A stretch of 64,000 bases of DNA from Mobula hypostoma (lineage: Eukaryota): contig NC_086105.1 of NCBI RefSeq assembly GCF_963921235.1, positions 59,396,001 to 59,460,000 on the forward strand, given 5' to 3'. This document shows, in pieces, positions 1-11,881 of this stretch. Both the position numbers and the translations under genes were made by a program. Each line of letters starts with the position of its first letter. Within the stretch, counting starts at the first letter, position 1. The notes below the pieces were generated by a model. It was not told the DNA's origin and ran no database searches. It saw only the letters and a list, made by a program, of their open reading frames with translations.

Positions 1-133
1 CTGCTATGCCAGCCTCCTTTCGAGTCTCTCTGAGTTCCTGTCGAAGCTCCTCATTTCTCCCAGTCAGCTGATCCACCTGGGCTTTCAGGTGCACATTGCT
101 CTCATGCTTCCCTGTGTTCTTTGCCTCAATTAC
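1..133 (-). CDS. CEP290: CEP290 exon 21 (partial, cut by the window edge)
   Basis: ttttcag|VIEAKNTGKHESNVHLKAQVDQLTGRNEELRQELRETRKEAGIA. Confidence 0.95.
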
Positions 134-1468
134 CTGAAAATTTGGAACAGCTTGATTAGAACATCAATATGCTTTGAATCAGGATACCAAGATAAAGAGT
201 CACCACAATAAATATTCAATGGAAAACGTTATGTCATGATGATTGGACTCATCCAAGTTAGTGACATTGACCTTTGTGAAAGCCCGTTAGTATAGACTGC
301 CGAGCCGAAAAATGACCCATTTATTCCAAGACTAGCACCCAAGAATTAGAGGAAATCAGTGGGTCTAGCAATATCTATGAAGGGAAATGGACAGTTAACA
401 TTTTGGGTCAAGACTGGCAGGTAGGGTCTTAACTCGAAGCATCAACTGTCCATTTCTCTCCATAGATACTGTCTGACCACAGAGTTCCTCCAGTGCTTTG
501 TTTGCTGATCCAGATTTCCAGCGTCTTGTGTCTCCATGTATTCCTACTTAGTATTAGTATTGGTTTATTATTGTCACACGTACCAAGATACAGTGTAAAG
601 CTTGTCCTGCCTAACAGGCTCTTCTGGCCCAACAAGCTGTGCCGTCCAACAACCCACCTATCAAACCCTAGCCTAATCACAGGACAGTTTACAATGACCA
701 ATTAACCTACTACCTGGTATGTCTTTGGACAGTGACTTTACACCTGGAGGAAACACATGTGGTCACAGGAAGAACATACAAGCTCCTAGAGACTACGCTG
801 TTCAAACAGATCAGATCATTACACAGTGCAGGCATTGAGGTAGAAAAGGTAAATCATAACAACGCAGAATAAAGTGTAAAGGTTACAGAGAAAGTGCAGT
901 GCAGGTAAATGATAAAGTGCAAGATCATTATGAGGTAGATTATGAATTCAAGTATTCATCTTATTGTACAAGAGTTGCATTCAAGAGTCTAATAAATGGG
1001 GGATAATGTTTTCTTTAGACTAACAAATAAACTCACTGTACTAATATTTAACCCTATTTTGTGTAACATACAATGTAGTAAAATATCAAATGCCTTTTAA
1101 AAATTCATACGTTACATCCACTGGTTCATCCTATTTTACCTTTCATATTCAAAATCTCAGCTTTGTCAATCACAGTAGATATTTATAAAAGCATGCTGAC
1201 TTTGCCAAATGATATGATGCTCTGTTACCACTTGGTTAACAGAACCTAGCATTTTATTTTGTGATAACCAGCTTTGATACAACTAGTCTTTAGTTCCTCA
1301 TTCTGTTTTTGTTTTCTTGACTATGTCACATTTGCTAGTCTTCTCATCATTTCCTGAAATTCCCGAAGACCAGTCTTAAGAAGCCATGTCTTACCTTAAA
1401 CAGAGTGCGATGTTGGTGGAGTAAACGTTAGCAGAGTGGTTAGCATAATGCTATTACAGTGTCAGTGA

Positions 1469-2830
1469 ACACGAGGAATTCTGCATATGCTGGAAATTCA
1501 AGCAACACACATCAAAGTTGCTGGTAAACGCAGCAGGCCAGGCAGCATCTCTAGGAAGAGGGACAGTCGATGTTTCAGGCCGAGACCCTTCGTCAGGACT
1601 AACTGAAGGAAGAGCTAGTAAGAGATTTGAAAGTGGGAGGAGGAGGGGGAGATCCAAAATGATAGGAGAAGACAGGAGGGGGAGGGATGGAGCCAAGAGC
1701 TGGACAGGTGATTGGCAAAAGGGATATGAGAGGATCACGGGACAGGAGGCCTAGGGGGAAAGAAAAGGGGGAAGGGGGGTAAAAGCCCAGAGGATGGGCA
1801 AGGGGTATAGACGGAGGGACAGAGGGAGAAAAAGGAGAGAGAGAGAAAGAATGTGTGTATATAAATAAATAGCGGATGGGGTACGAGGGGGAGGTGGGGC
1901 ATTAGCGGAAGTTAGAGAAGTCAATGTTCATGCCATCAGGTTGGAGGCTACCCAGACGGAATATAAGGTGTTGTTCCTCCAACCTGAGTGTGGCTTCATC
2001 TTTGCAGTAGAGGAGGCCGTGGATAGACATGTCAGAATGGGAATGGGATGTGGAATTAAAATGTGTGGCCACTGGGAGATCCTGCTTTCTCTGGCAGACA
2101 GAGTGTAGGTCTTCAGCAAAACGGTCTCCCAGTCTGCGTCGGGTCTCGCCAATATATAGAAGGCCACATTGGGAGCACCAGACTCAGTATATCACCCCAG
2201 CCAACTCACAGGTGAAGTGTCGCCTCACTGAACACCTATGCTCTGTCCGCCAGAGAAAGCAGGATCTCCCAGTGGCCACACATTTTAATTCCACATCCCA
2301 CTCCCATTCTGACATGTCTATCCATGGCCTCCTCTACTGTAAAATGAAGCCACACTGAGGATGGAGGAACAACACCTTATATTCCGTCTGGGTAGCCTCC
2401 AACCTGATGGCATGAACATCAACTTCTCTAACTTCTGCTAATGCCCCACCTCCCCCTCGTACCCCATCCGCTATTTATTTATATACACGCATTCTTTCTC
2501 TCTCTCCTTTTTCTCCCTCTGTCCCTCTGACTATACCCCTTGCCCATCCTCTGGGTTTTTTCCCCCCTCCCCCTTTTCCTTCTCCCTGGGCCTCCTGTCC
2601 CATGATCCTCTCATATTTCCCTTTTGCCAATCAACTGTCCAGCTCTTGGCTCCATCCCTCCCGCTCCTGTCTTCTCCTATCATTTTGGATCTCCCCCTCC
2701 CACTTTCAAATCTCTTACTAGCTCTTCCTTCAGTTAGTCCTGACGAAGGGTCTCGGCCCAAAACGTCAACTGTACCTCTTCCTAGAAATGCTGCCTGTTC
2801 TGCTGCGTTCACCAGCAACTTTGATGTGTG
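1469..2830. mobile_element. Penelope-like element as two inverted 3' fragments (GIY-YIG C-terminus plus 3' end), inserted in a tRNA-SINE
   Basis: Left arm (minus) encodes a degenerate GVIY..C..CGLLYIGETRRRLGDRFAE...LPVATHFN...EEQHLIFRLGSLQPDGMN. The right arm is its reverse complement. TSD ttacagtgtcagtga 1454-1468 / ttacagcatcagtga 2831-2845. Confidence 0.9.
1565..1600 (-). ncRNA. Hammerhead ribozyme motif copy (core intact, stem III ACGU changed to ACAU)
   Basis: Reverse complement reads agtc ctgacga agggtctcggcct gaaa ca tc gact. Confidence 0.6.
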
Positions 2831-3444
2831 TTACAGCATCAGTGACCTGGGTTCAATTTCAAGTGCTGTCTATAAGGAATTTGTATGTTAGCCCTGTGAC
2901 TGCATGTGTTTCCTCCCACAATCCAAAGAAAAATAGTATGCATCAGTAGGTTAATTGGTCACATATGTGTAATTGGGCAGCACGGGCTCATGGGCCAGAA
3001 AGGCCTGCTACTGTGCTGTATCTCTAAATAAAATAATAAATAACTGAGTAAAATTGAGAGCAGAGGAGAGTTAAAGTACATGTATCTGATTCAAATTCAA
3101 AGTATGATTAGGCTTTCAGGTTGATATCAAATAAATAATTAGATTGGAGAATAATTCTGTATGATACAAATCAGTAGAGGGGAGTGGGAAGAGAAAGGGA
3201 AAGAATGTAAGAAAATCAATGAGATTGAGAACAATTTAACAACTGATAGAGAAGAGTGGAAGGAAGGTAAATGCAAGGCAAGATACAGTTTGTTCATTTC
3301 TGTGCAACAGAGGATCCATTTGTTTGGCTCTCAAGAACTTGCATCGATAATCATTTCATGTGTCAATGCACAATGTAAAACAAACATTTTTCAATGACTC
3401 AGTGACCAATGAGAGTATAACTTGAGAAAAACGATACTACTTAC

Positions 3445-3587
3445 AGAAACTAGTCGTTCCAAACTTTCCATCCTCAGGATTTCATGTCCTCCCTTTGAAA
3501 TGGATTCCACTTGTGTATCCTTCACAGCTTGCAAAATTTCTTTCATACCATGCTCAAATTTTTTGTTTTCTTCTCTCAGTTCATTTA
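3445..3587 (-). CDS. CEP290: CEP290 exon 20 (143 nt)
   Basis: (I)NELREENKKFEHGMKEILQAVKDTQVESISKGGHEILRMESLERLVS; donor gtaagt. Confidence 0.95.
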
Positions 3588-6057
3588 CTGTAACCAATAT
3601 TACTTACATTAGTAAAGGACCAATAGTTTTATGCCAGATTTTGTTGGCATCACTAAACTATACTGATACTTGGAATATTACACAGAAAATAATTAGACCA
3701 CAGACAAGGTGGCAGAATTAGGCCATGCAGCCCATCGAGTTTGCTCTACCATTCCATCATGATCGAGTTATTACCACTCTCAAATGATTTCTTCTGCCTT
3801 TTTCCCTTACACTGACACCCTCACTAACCAAGAACTTATTAACCTCTACTTTTAATATACTCAATGACATGGCCTCCAATGAATTCCAGATTCACCATGT
3901 TCTGATGAAAGAAATTCCCCCTTGTCTCTGTCCTAAAGGGATGACCTTCTATCCTGAGGCTGTGTTCTCTGGTTTTACAATCTCCCACTATTGGAAATAT
4001 CTTCCCCACGTTCACTCTATCTAGGCCTTTCAGTATTCAAAGGATTTCGATGAGATCCCACCTGGATATGGAATTCTGGAACACTTAAAACAAAATAAGA
4101 AATGCATTTACACAGTATCTTTCCTCATTCCAGGACATTCTAACGTGCTTTACCACAAAAGGAATACTATGTAATAGCAGGCGTGCTGGCGTCCTGTAAC
4201 AGTAGCTGCCATTTACTGCTCTGAAAGTTCTTATTAAGAACTCAAACCTTTTCATATCAGGGAAGGTTTCCATTTTGTCAATGTGTAGCTTAATGTGGAT
4301 CATGTGGAATTCCTGATGTAAATACACATGAAATACTGGGTGAACTCAGCAAGGCAATAAACAGTTGACGTTTTGGGCCGAGACCTTTCACTGAGACTGA
4401 TGAAAGGTCTCAGCTTGAAACACTGACTGTTCATTTCGCTCCATAGATCCTGCTGAATTTATCCAGCATTTCATGTGTCCATGTTTCCAGAAAGAAAATA
4501 GGACTCTCTCATTCTGGATGCTCTACATTACTGAACATATTTGGTGGCCAAGTACTCGCTGTGCTTCCATGGCAGTGTACACCATTGCACTCTCCAGCCA
4601 TGGCAGCCAAGCACATACATAGCTTGAGCCACATACATACCAAGATGACACTGGTCCACTCAAAGTGTGACTACGTGGCCTTTATCAGGAATTATACACC
4701 ATGCATGTGTGAAGACTATTATTGTGTGCTGCACAATCTTGCAAACCAAAGACAGCAACCAGTGCTCAAAGACAAAACAAGCAACTTAAAGGCCATGAGA
4801 TGTAGACTGAAGGAGAAAGATGCCTAGGATGAAGGTGGTGCAACAGAGGATCCATTTGTTGGCACTCAGCAACCATACCCTCCAACCAGCTATAAGGGAC
4901 TCCCTGACGGAGTGACACATCTCCCAACTAGCCTGCAACATTCACAATTCCTAGTGGCAGGCAAGTGACACTGTGCACACATGAACTCTATCTCACCATT
5001 TTGCTCTTTTTTGTACTATTATTTATTCAAATACTCCTTATTGTACCTTATAGTATTTTTTATACATATTGCACTGTACGGCTGTCACGAAACATGACTG
5101 ATTCATTGAAATCAATACCACCAAAATAATAAACCAATAATCAGTTTGCAATTCCAAAATGGTGCATAAAACTTCCTTATATCCCGCTTTACATATCCAC
5201 CTGGTCTGCTTTTAACATGTAACTGAATGAATCCTTACTTCAATTACTTAAATGGATTGTTACAATATCTCTATACTTCCTGGTGAGTGGTACCTCAAAC
5301 CTCCAAATAACATACACTTTCTTTCTCAATTTCCATGCTGCAAATAGAAGCAGTGGATCATTCCAACATATCTTATGAGGACATGATTTTTTTCCTGTAA
5401 TCCTCCAGAATGAAATTCAAGCTCCTGAAGCCAATGTAGCTAAGTTCTCTAATGGTGGACACAATGGAGGCTGCACATGTTGGAAATCTTGAGCAACACA
5501 CACACAGCACCTATGGTGGGAAACAAATAGCCAATGTTTCAGCACAGAAGGTTCTCAGGCTGAAATGACGACAGCTTATTTCCCTCATTAGATGCTGCCT
5601 GACTCGCTGAGTTCCTCTGTGGTTAGCTTGACAGGTCTCACTAACCCGCTGGAGCTCCTTCCTGGGATGCATCTCACTACAGCTACCTCTCTCTTCTCTG
5701 TAAATGCCTTATCTATGACAGCTATAACACGAGCTGCTGCTGTCTGGCTGCCATTTGAAGTGTGTGCTTAACAGCCAATGCCCTTCTCTGACCACAGTGT
5801 GAAGTTCTGCTGAAATACATTAAGTTCCATCAGGAACTGTCCAAGTCCTAACTTAGTAAGTTTCTCTGTATAAACCATCTTAACATGTTTCACTGTGGAT
5901 TTCGCCCAATTTCACATGATGGGCCCAATGTAGCTGTAGAACTGAATGGAACACCAAGCTAATGTACTGGTATGCAATCCAGTTTCAAGGCAGGAATCTG
6001 TTAAGTCCATTAATGAAAACAGAAGAACGCTTGGTTTAACCCTCACCTGAAAGAATA

Positions 6058-6562
6058 TTTATACTTTTATACTTTATACTTCATAGTCGCCGAACAATTG
6101 ATACTAGAATGTACAATCATCACAGCGATATTTGATTCTGCGCTTCCCGCTCCCTAGATCACAAATCGACAGTAAATATTAAAAATTTAAATTATAAATC
6201 ATAAATAGAAAATAGAAAAATGGAAAGTAAGGTAGTGCAAAAAACTGAGAGGCAGGTCCAGATATTTGGAGGGTACGGCCTGGATCCGGGTCAGGATCCG
6301 TTCAGCAGTCTTATCACAGTTGGAAAGAAGCTGTTCCCAAATCTGGCCGTACGAGTCTTCAAGCTCCTAAGCATTCTCCTGGAGGGAAGAGGGACAAAAA
6401 GTGTGTTGGCTGGGTGGGTCGTGTCCTTGATTATCCTGGCAGCACTGCACCGACAGCGTGCGTGGTAAAGTGAGTCCAAGGACGGAAAATTAGTTTGTGT
6501 GATGTGCTGCGCCGTGTTCATGATCTTCTGCAGCTTCTTTCGGTCTTGGACAGGACAATTTC
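6058..6562 (-). mobile_element. Rex1-like LINE 3' fragment
   Basis: IIKDTTHPANTLFVPLPSRR.LRSLKTRTARFGNSFFPTVIRLLN; (TAAAGTA)n tail. Confidence 0.8.
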
Positions 6563-6846
6563 ATTGCACATCCTCAGTACTCTTCAATTGCACATCCTCA
6601 GTACTCTTCATTGGAATGTCAACTGAGATTTCTTGGTATGGGATAAGACACATTAACCACTAACTTTGTGACACTGTCATGATGGACTATCAGTTACATA
6701 TATAACATATATTAAAAAAACATAAAACAGTGCATTATTTACTGTTAGGCACTAATCGTGGAATTACAAATACAATCAGAAAAGTTATCTACTTCCTTTT
6801 GTACACATGTTCCTATAAACAATTTTAATGAATGAAAGGGACTTAC

Positions 6847-6931
6847 ATTTTGCTTGCAGCTCAGCATTTTCCGTCTTCCTTTGTTCCAATTCCTTCTCTT
6901 TTCTTTCCAGTTCTCTGGAAATATATTCATT
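6847..6931 (-). CDS. CEP290: CEP290 exon 19 (85 nt)
   Basis: NEYISRELERKEKELEQRKTENAELQAK; donor gtaagt. Confidence 0.95.
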
Positions 6932-8268
6932 CTAAAATGAAATGAAAAATTAAATATGATTAGTTGCCCAGTTCAGGCTTGAGTTTTCAGAACTATAACT
7001 GCCCCTTTTCTCTACACATTTTTATTTCAGCCTCTGGAAGTGCTTATCGTAAAAAATGAAGACCCAGATGAATTCAGGTGCAGGAGGATTGGACACCAAA
7101 ACGGAAAGGGCTGTTGCACCACTAACTATAAACTCCTAATGTAAGGATTTGGTAATTAAACACTAGTGGATCGCTATCAATGATTGGGGTACAATTCCCA
7201 CTGCCATCCATGTACGTTCTCCCCGTGCCCATGTGGAATACTTCTGGGTGCTCCAGATTCCACCCACATTCTTAAGACACACAGGTTAGAGTTATTGAGT
7301 TGTGGGCATGCTATATTGGTGCCAGAAGCACGGCAACACTTGCGGGTTGCTCAGCACAATCTTCGCTGTTTTGAGTTGATGCAAACGACACATTTCACTG
7401 TATGTTTCGATGTACATGTGACAAATAAAACTCATGTTTAAAATTCTAAAGATCTTTATCATTATTTAAAAATTTTAAATACTGCATATCTCCCATCCAC
7501 CAAACTTCCTCAGACTGTTCATTTGTCCATCATTTTTGTTGAAGTGAATTAGTTTCCCCAGCTATTTCAGCTCTCTTAAAATTTAATCGATGTTCCCTTT
7601 CTTTGCTCTGCTGTGCCATTCTCTTCTTCCAATTGCCTGCACCAGCTCATACCTTGGCCCATATTCTCCCAAGCATTCCAACCCTGTATCCCATTCCAGG
7701 ACTGCTGCCTATTTTCCACATAACCTTAATGATCAAAGGAATGAACTGCAAAGGAATTAATGTATAAATCAGTGGTCTTAGTAGCAAAAGAACATGTTAC
7801 AATGTTCAAGCTCCCCACTTCCGGAATATAGTTACTCTTGTACTACCTGCATCATTTGTCGGTTGAGTTTGGCAAGCTCAAATTCTGCATTCTGGTACTC
7901 CCCTTCCTTTTTCAGTAATTCTTTGCGTATCTGATGGTTCTAAAGATGCATTAATTCAATTAGAATACAGATACAGTTTAAATCTCTGAAAAATATCCCT
8001 ATATTAATAATTTTAATAACAGATCCAGCTCTTTTGTGAGTCCTATATGTTTGATCTGAAGCTTGCTCTGAATGTACACTCGTATAAGTTGACTATGTTA
8101 TCAGACAATGGTGGGGAACCTGATGTGGCTATGGTGTTGAAAGCAACACCATGCTGGTGCACTAATGTGAATTTTGAGGCACAAACACAAAATACTGGAG
8201 GAATTCAGCAGGTCAGGCCGCAACCACAGACAGGAATGAACAGTCGATGTTTCGAGCTGAGACCTCTT

Positions 8269-9615
8269 GGCCAGTTTAGTCTGATTTCAGTGTTTGCGAA
8301 GATGGAGTCCATTATTAATGGTGAAGTTTGGGGGTATTTGGAGGCGCACGATAAAGTAGGCCAAAGACAGCATGGTTTCCTTAAGGGAAAATCTGGCTTA
8401 ACAAATACAGCATGTAGGAATTTTTTGGGGAAATAACAGGATAGACAAAGGAAGAGTCAGTGGATGTTGTTTACTTGGATTTTCAGGAGGCAAGGTGCCG
8501 CACTTGAGCTGCTTAACAAGAGCCCATGCTATTACAGGAAAGATACTGACGTGGATAACTTCGGCTGATTAGCAGGAAGCAAAGAATGGGAACAAAGGGG
8601 GACTATTCTGGCTGGCTACCAGTGACTAATGGTGTTCCACAGCGGTCGGTATCAGGACTGCTTCTTTTCACATTATACGTCAACGATTTGGATGACAGAA
8701 TTGATGGCTTTACACCTAAGTTTGCAGACAATACAAAGGTAGCTGGAAGGGCAGGTAGTGTCGAGGGAACAGGGAGCCTGCAGAAGGACTTGGATCGAGA
8801 GAATGGGCAAAGTAGTGGAAGATGGAATATAGTTTAGGGAAATGTATGGTCACGCACTTTGGTAGAAGGAATAAAAGCATTGACTATATTCTAAATGTCG
8901 AGAAAATTCAGAAATCTGAGGTGCAAAGGGACCTGGGAGTCCTTTTGCAGGATTCCCTACAGGTTAACTTACAGGATGTGTCAGTGGAAATAAAAGCAAA
9001 TGCAATGCTAGCATTCTTTTCAAAAGATCTAGAGTTTAAAAGGATGTAATGCTGAGGCTTTAATGAGGTATTGGTCAGACCATTGGGAGCAGTTTTGGGC
9101 TCCTAATGCTGACAATGGGGAGGATCCAGAGGAGGTTCAAGAGAATAATTCCAGGAATGAAAAGGGTTAATGTATGAAGAGCATTTGATGGCTTTAGGCC
9201 TATACCCACTGGAGTTTAGAGGAAGAATGTGGGGGCTGGGGGTTGGATATGATTGAAACATATTGAATATTGAAAGGCCTAGATAGAGTGGATACGGAAG
9301 AGATGTTTCCTAAATTGGGCAAGTCTAGGACCAGAAGATCAGATCAGATGAAAGGGATGTCCAATTAGAACAGAGATGGAGGAATTTCTTTTGGAGTGTG
9401 GTGAATCTGTGGAATTCATTGTCATATATGAGTGTGGAGGACATAATTAAAGAACTATTAAAGCAGAGGTTGATAGGTTCATGATTAGAAAGGGCGTCAG
9501 AGGTTACAGGGAGAAGGCAGAAGCATGTGGTTGAGAGGGATAATAAATTAGTCATGATAGAATGACTGAGCAGACTCACTGGTCCGCATGCTTTAATTCT
9601 GCTCCTCTGTCTTAT
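8269..9615 (+). mobile_element. CR1-clade LINE, 5'-truncated and decayed
   Basis: QHGFLKGKS.LTN, WLPVTNGVPQ.SV.G.LLFTLYVNDLD, KFADNTK, QRDLGV; CR1 3' UTR. Confidence 0.9.
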
Positions 9616-11046
9616 GATCATGATGCTGCCTGACCTCCTGAGTTCCTCAAATATTTTGTGTGTGTTACTCTGGATTTCCAGCATCTGCAGAATCTTTTGT
9701 GTTCGATTTTGGGGCAGGAATCTTTTATGTTCACTACTGAGAGTAGATGAAAGCCTTGGTTTAACCCCTCATCTGAAAGACTATTGCACTTCCTCAGTAC
9801 TCTGAACTGGAATGTCAGCTGAGATTTCTTGGTATGGAATTTAAGCTAATGGCTTGACTTGTAACAACTTTGGAACAATGCTTTATTTTCCCTCCTTTTC
9901 CCGGGTTGCACAGATCCTACAACATTGGTTTAAAGGTTCCAATTTGACAGGAAAAGTAAGGAGGGGAACAGTAAGCAAAGGGTACAGATGCAAACAGAGA
10001 TGAGGTACAATTTATTTAGCCAGAGGGTGTTGAATCTGTTGAATTCATTGCCACAGACAGCTGTGGAGGACAGTCCATTGGATATATTCAAAGTGGAGGT
10101 TTATAACTTCTTGATTAGTCGGGGTGTTAAAGGTTAAGAGGAGAAGGCAGGAAAATGTGGTTGAAAAGGATAATAAATCAGCCATGATGGAATGGTAGAG
10201 CAGACTCGATAGACCAAGTGGCCTAATTCTGCTCCTATGTCTTATGGTCTAAAGAGGGATGGGGAAGTGTGAGACAGGGACAAGAAATAGGTGGACCAAG
10301 GAAGGGCAAAGGATGGTAGACAGATGGAGCCAGGCAGGGAAGGGGTGGGGAGACAGAGTTAAGGGAACCAGGTGGACAGGAGAAGAGAACGAAGGTGGAG
10401 GCAGCTGCTGTAGAACGCAAAGACTACCAGTGCTGGGACGTAATAGGTAAAGAAGTTGATAAGGGAAAGATGGAAAAGCATGTGGAATGAGATGTGGAGA
10501 GAATCTGGAGGATAAAACATGTGAGAAGAAATGGACGGAACTGAGGGTGGGGGAGTGGACAGAGACAGACATCACAAGAGACAAGGGTTACTTGAAATGC
10601 AAAGTCTAAGGGGTGATTGTAAGTGATGTGAATTCCAAAAAACACGAACATTGACTACTTGGTCAGTTCTGAGTTACAAGTTCTGTGAATCTCTCGGCTT
10701 TTTAAACTGTGGCAGATTGTAATGTTTCTTCTAAAGAACGAATCATTTTTCAAAATAAAAATTAAGGCATCCATTACCAAAAAAAAAGCATCTGGGCAAA
10801 AGTGGGAAGAAGTGGGAAAAACTATGGCTGTGAAGAATAAATTAACCAAATATTGAGAACTTATGATCATTAGATTTGCTTTGTCAATTTGTCTGTGCAT
10901 ATTTAACAAAGAATAATTTAATAATAGTGTAGTTTTAGAAGACAGGTCTCAGCTGTAAACATGCTATGTTTTGTTGTTATAGAACATAGGTAATGGTAAT
11001 ATTAAACAAGTTGTACAGCATTATCTGAATTAGAAACCTTTGACAA

Positions 11047-11321
11047 GGGCTGGCTGGTGGCGCAATGACATCGGCGCTGGACCCGGGAGCGGAGGATCCC
11101 GGGTTCAAAACCAGTCGGGTCCGCTCCCGAGTACGCTTTCCATTTGTGCCGGGTTGAGTGTCGAGATCGCAACTTGGCCCCGTAAAATAAAGGGAAAAAT
11201 ACTGCGAAATGGCTGTGTGAGGAGTGGCGCGCCACGCAGTCTCTCTCTCGTGGAGCCACACAGTCTCTTGTAAAAGCCATGAAAAAGACATCATCACGGA
11301 CGCACACACGCACCAAAAAAA
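11047..11321 (+). mobile_element. Young tRNA-derived SINE
   Basis: A box TGGCGCAATG, B box GGTTCAAAACC, CpGs retained, poly-A tail, 13-bp TSD aaacctttgacaa at 11034-11046 and 11322-11334. Confidence 0.9.
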
Positions 11322-11353
11322 AAACCTTTGACAAAAAGTTGAAAGAATCTAAC

Positions 11354-11881
11354 CTGTGATTTAAGCCTCGATAGTTCTACCCTTAGCTGCTCTATAAGAT
11401 CGTCTAATGGTTCGTGGTTTCTCGCTAGGTTCTCAGCTGCCTCAGTTGAACTGATTGCTTGCACTGGTTGAATACTCTCAGACTTGTGGACACCTTCCTC
11501 CCCAAGTGGCATCGTTGTATTATTTGTTTGTGTCTCTGCCAAAAATCCCTCTGATGACTGAGACCTGTTCGGTGTTTTCTGTTCATACTGATCAGTTTGT
11601 ACAGATTGTTCCTTTTCAAAACGTTCTATCACTCTCGGTAGGGAAAAAGACTGTCTTCCTCCCTGGGAAGATACAGAACTGTCCCATTGTACGGATTCCC
11701 TTTTAGAATTCCACGAATGCTTTTGTGGCCTTTCTGACTGCACTATTGACTTCCGAAGAATATCTGAAATCTGATCAGACATTTTCCTCAATGCCAGGGC
11801 CCTATAGTCTTCAGCATTATAAGATCCACCAGCAAAGCCTCTTCGTACTTTGTCATCGCTATCAATGTTTCTACCGCTGGC
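11354..11881 (-). CDS. CEP290: Candidate extra 528-nt in-frame CEP290 exon (176 aa)
   Basis: ctattttaatacag|GCC AGC GGT ... AAA TCA CAG|gttaga. 176 codons with no stop, phase 0-0, non-repetitive, ending in coiled-coil-like LDDLIEQLRVELSRLKSQ. Confidence 0.75.

Noticed and set aside
11047-11125. tRNA gene
   Set aside because: The A and B boxes continue into a SINE body with poly-A and TSD, so this is a tRNA-derived SINE.
11681-11704. PP1-docking RVxF motif (KRESVQW) in the extra exon
   Set aside because: The basic residue is too far from V for the strict [RK]x(0,1)[VI]x[FW] pattern, so it is too weak to claim.
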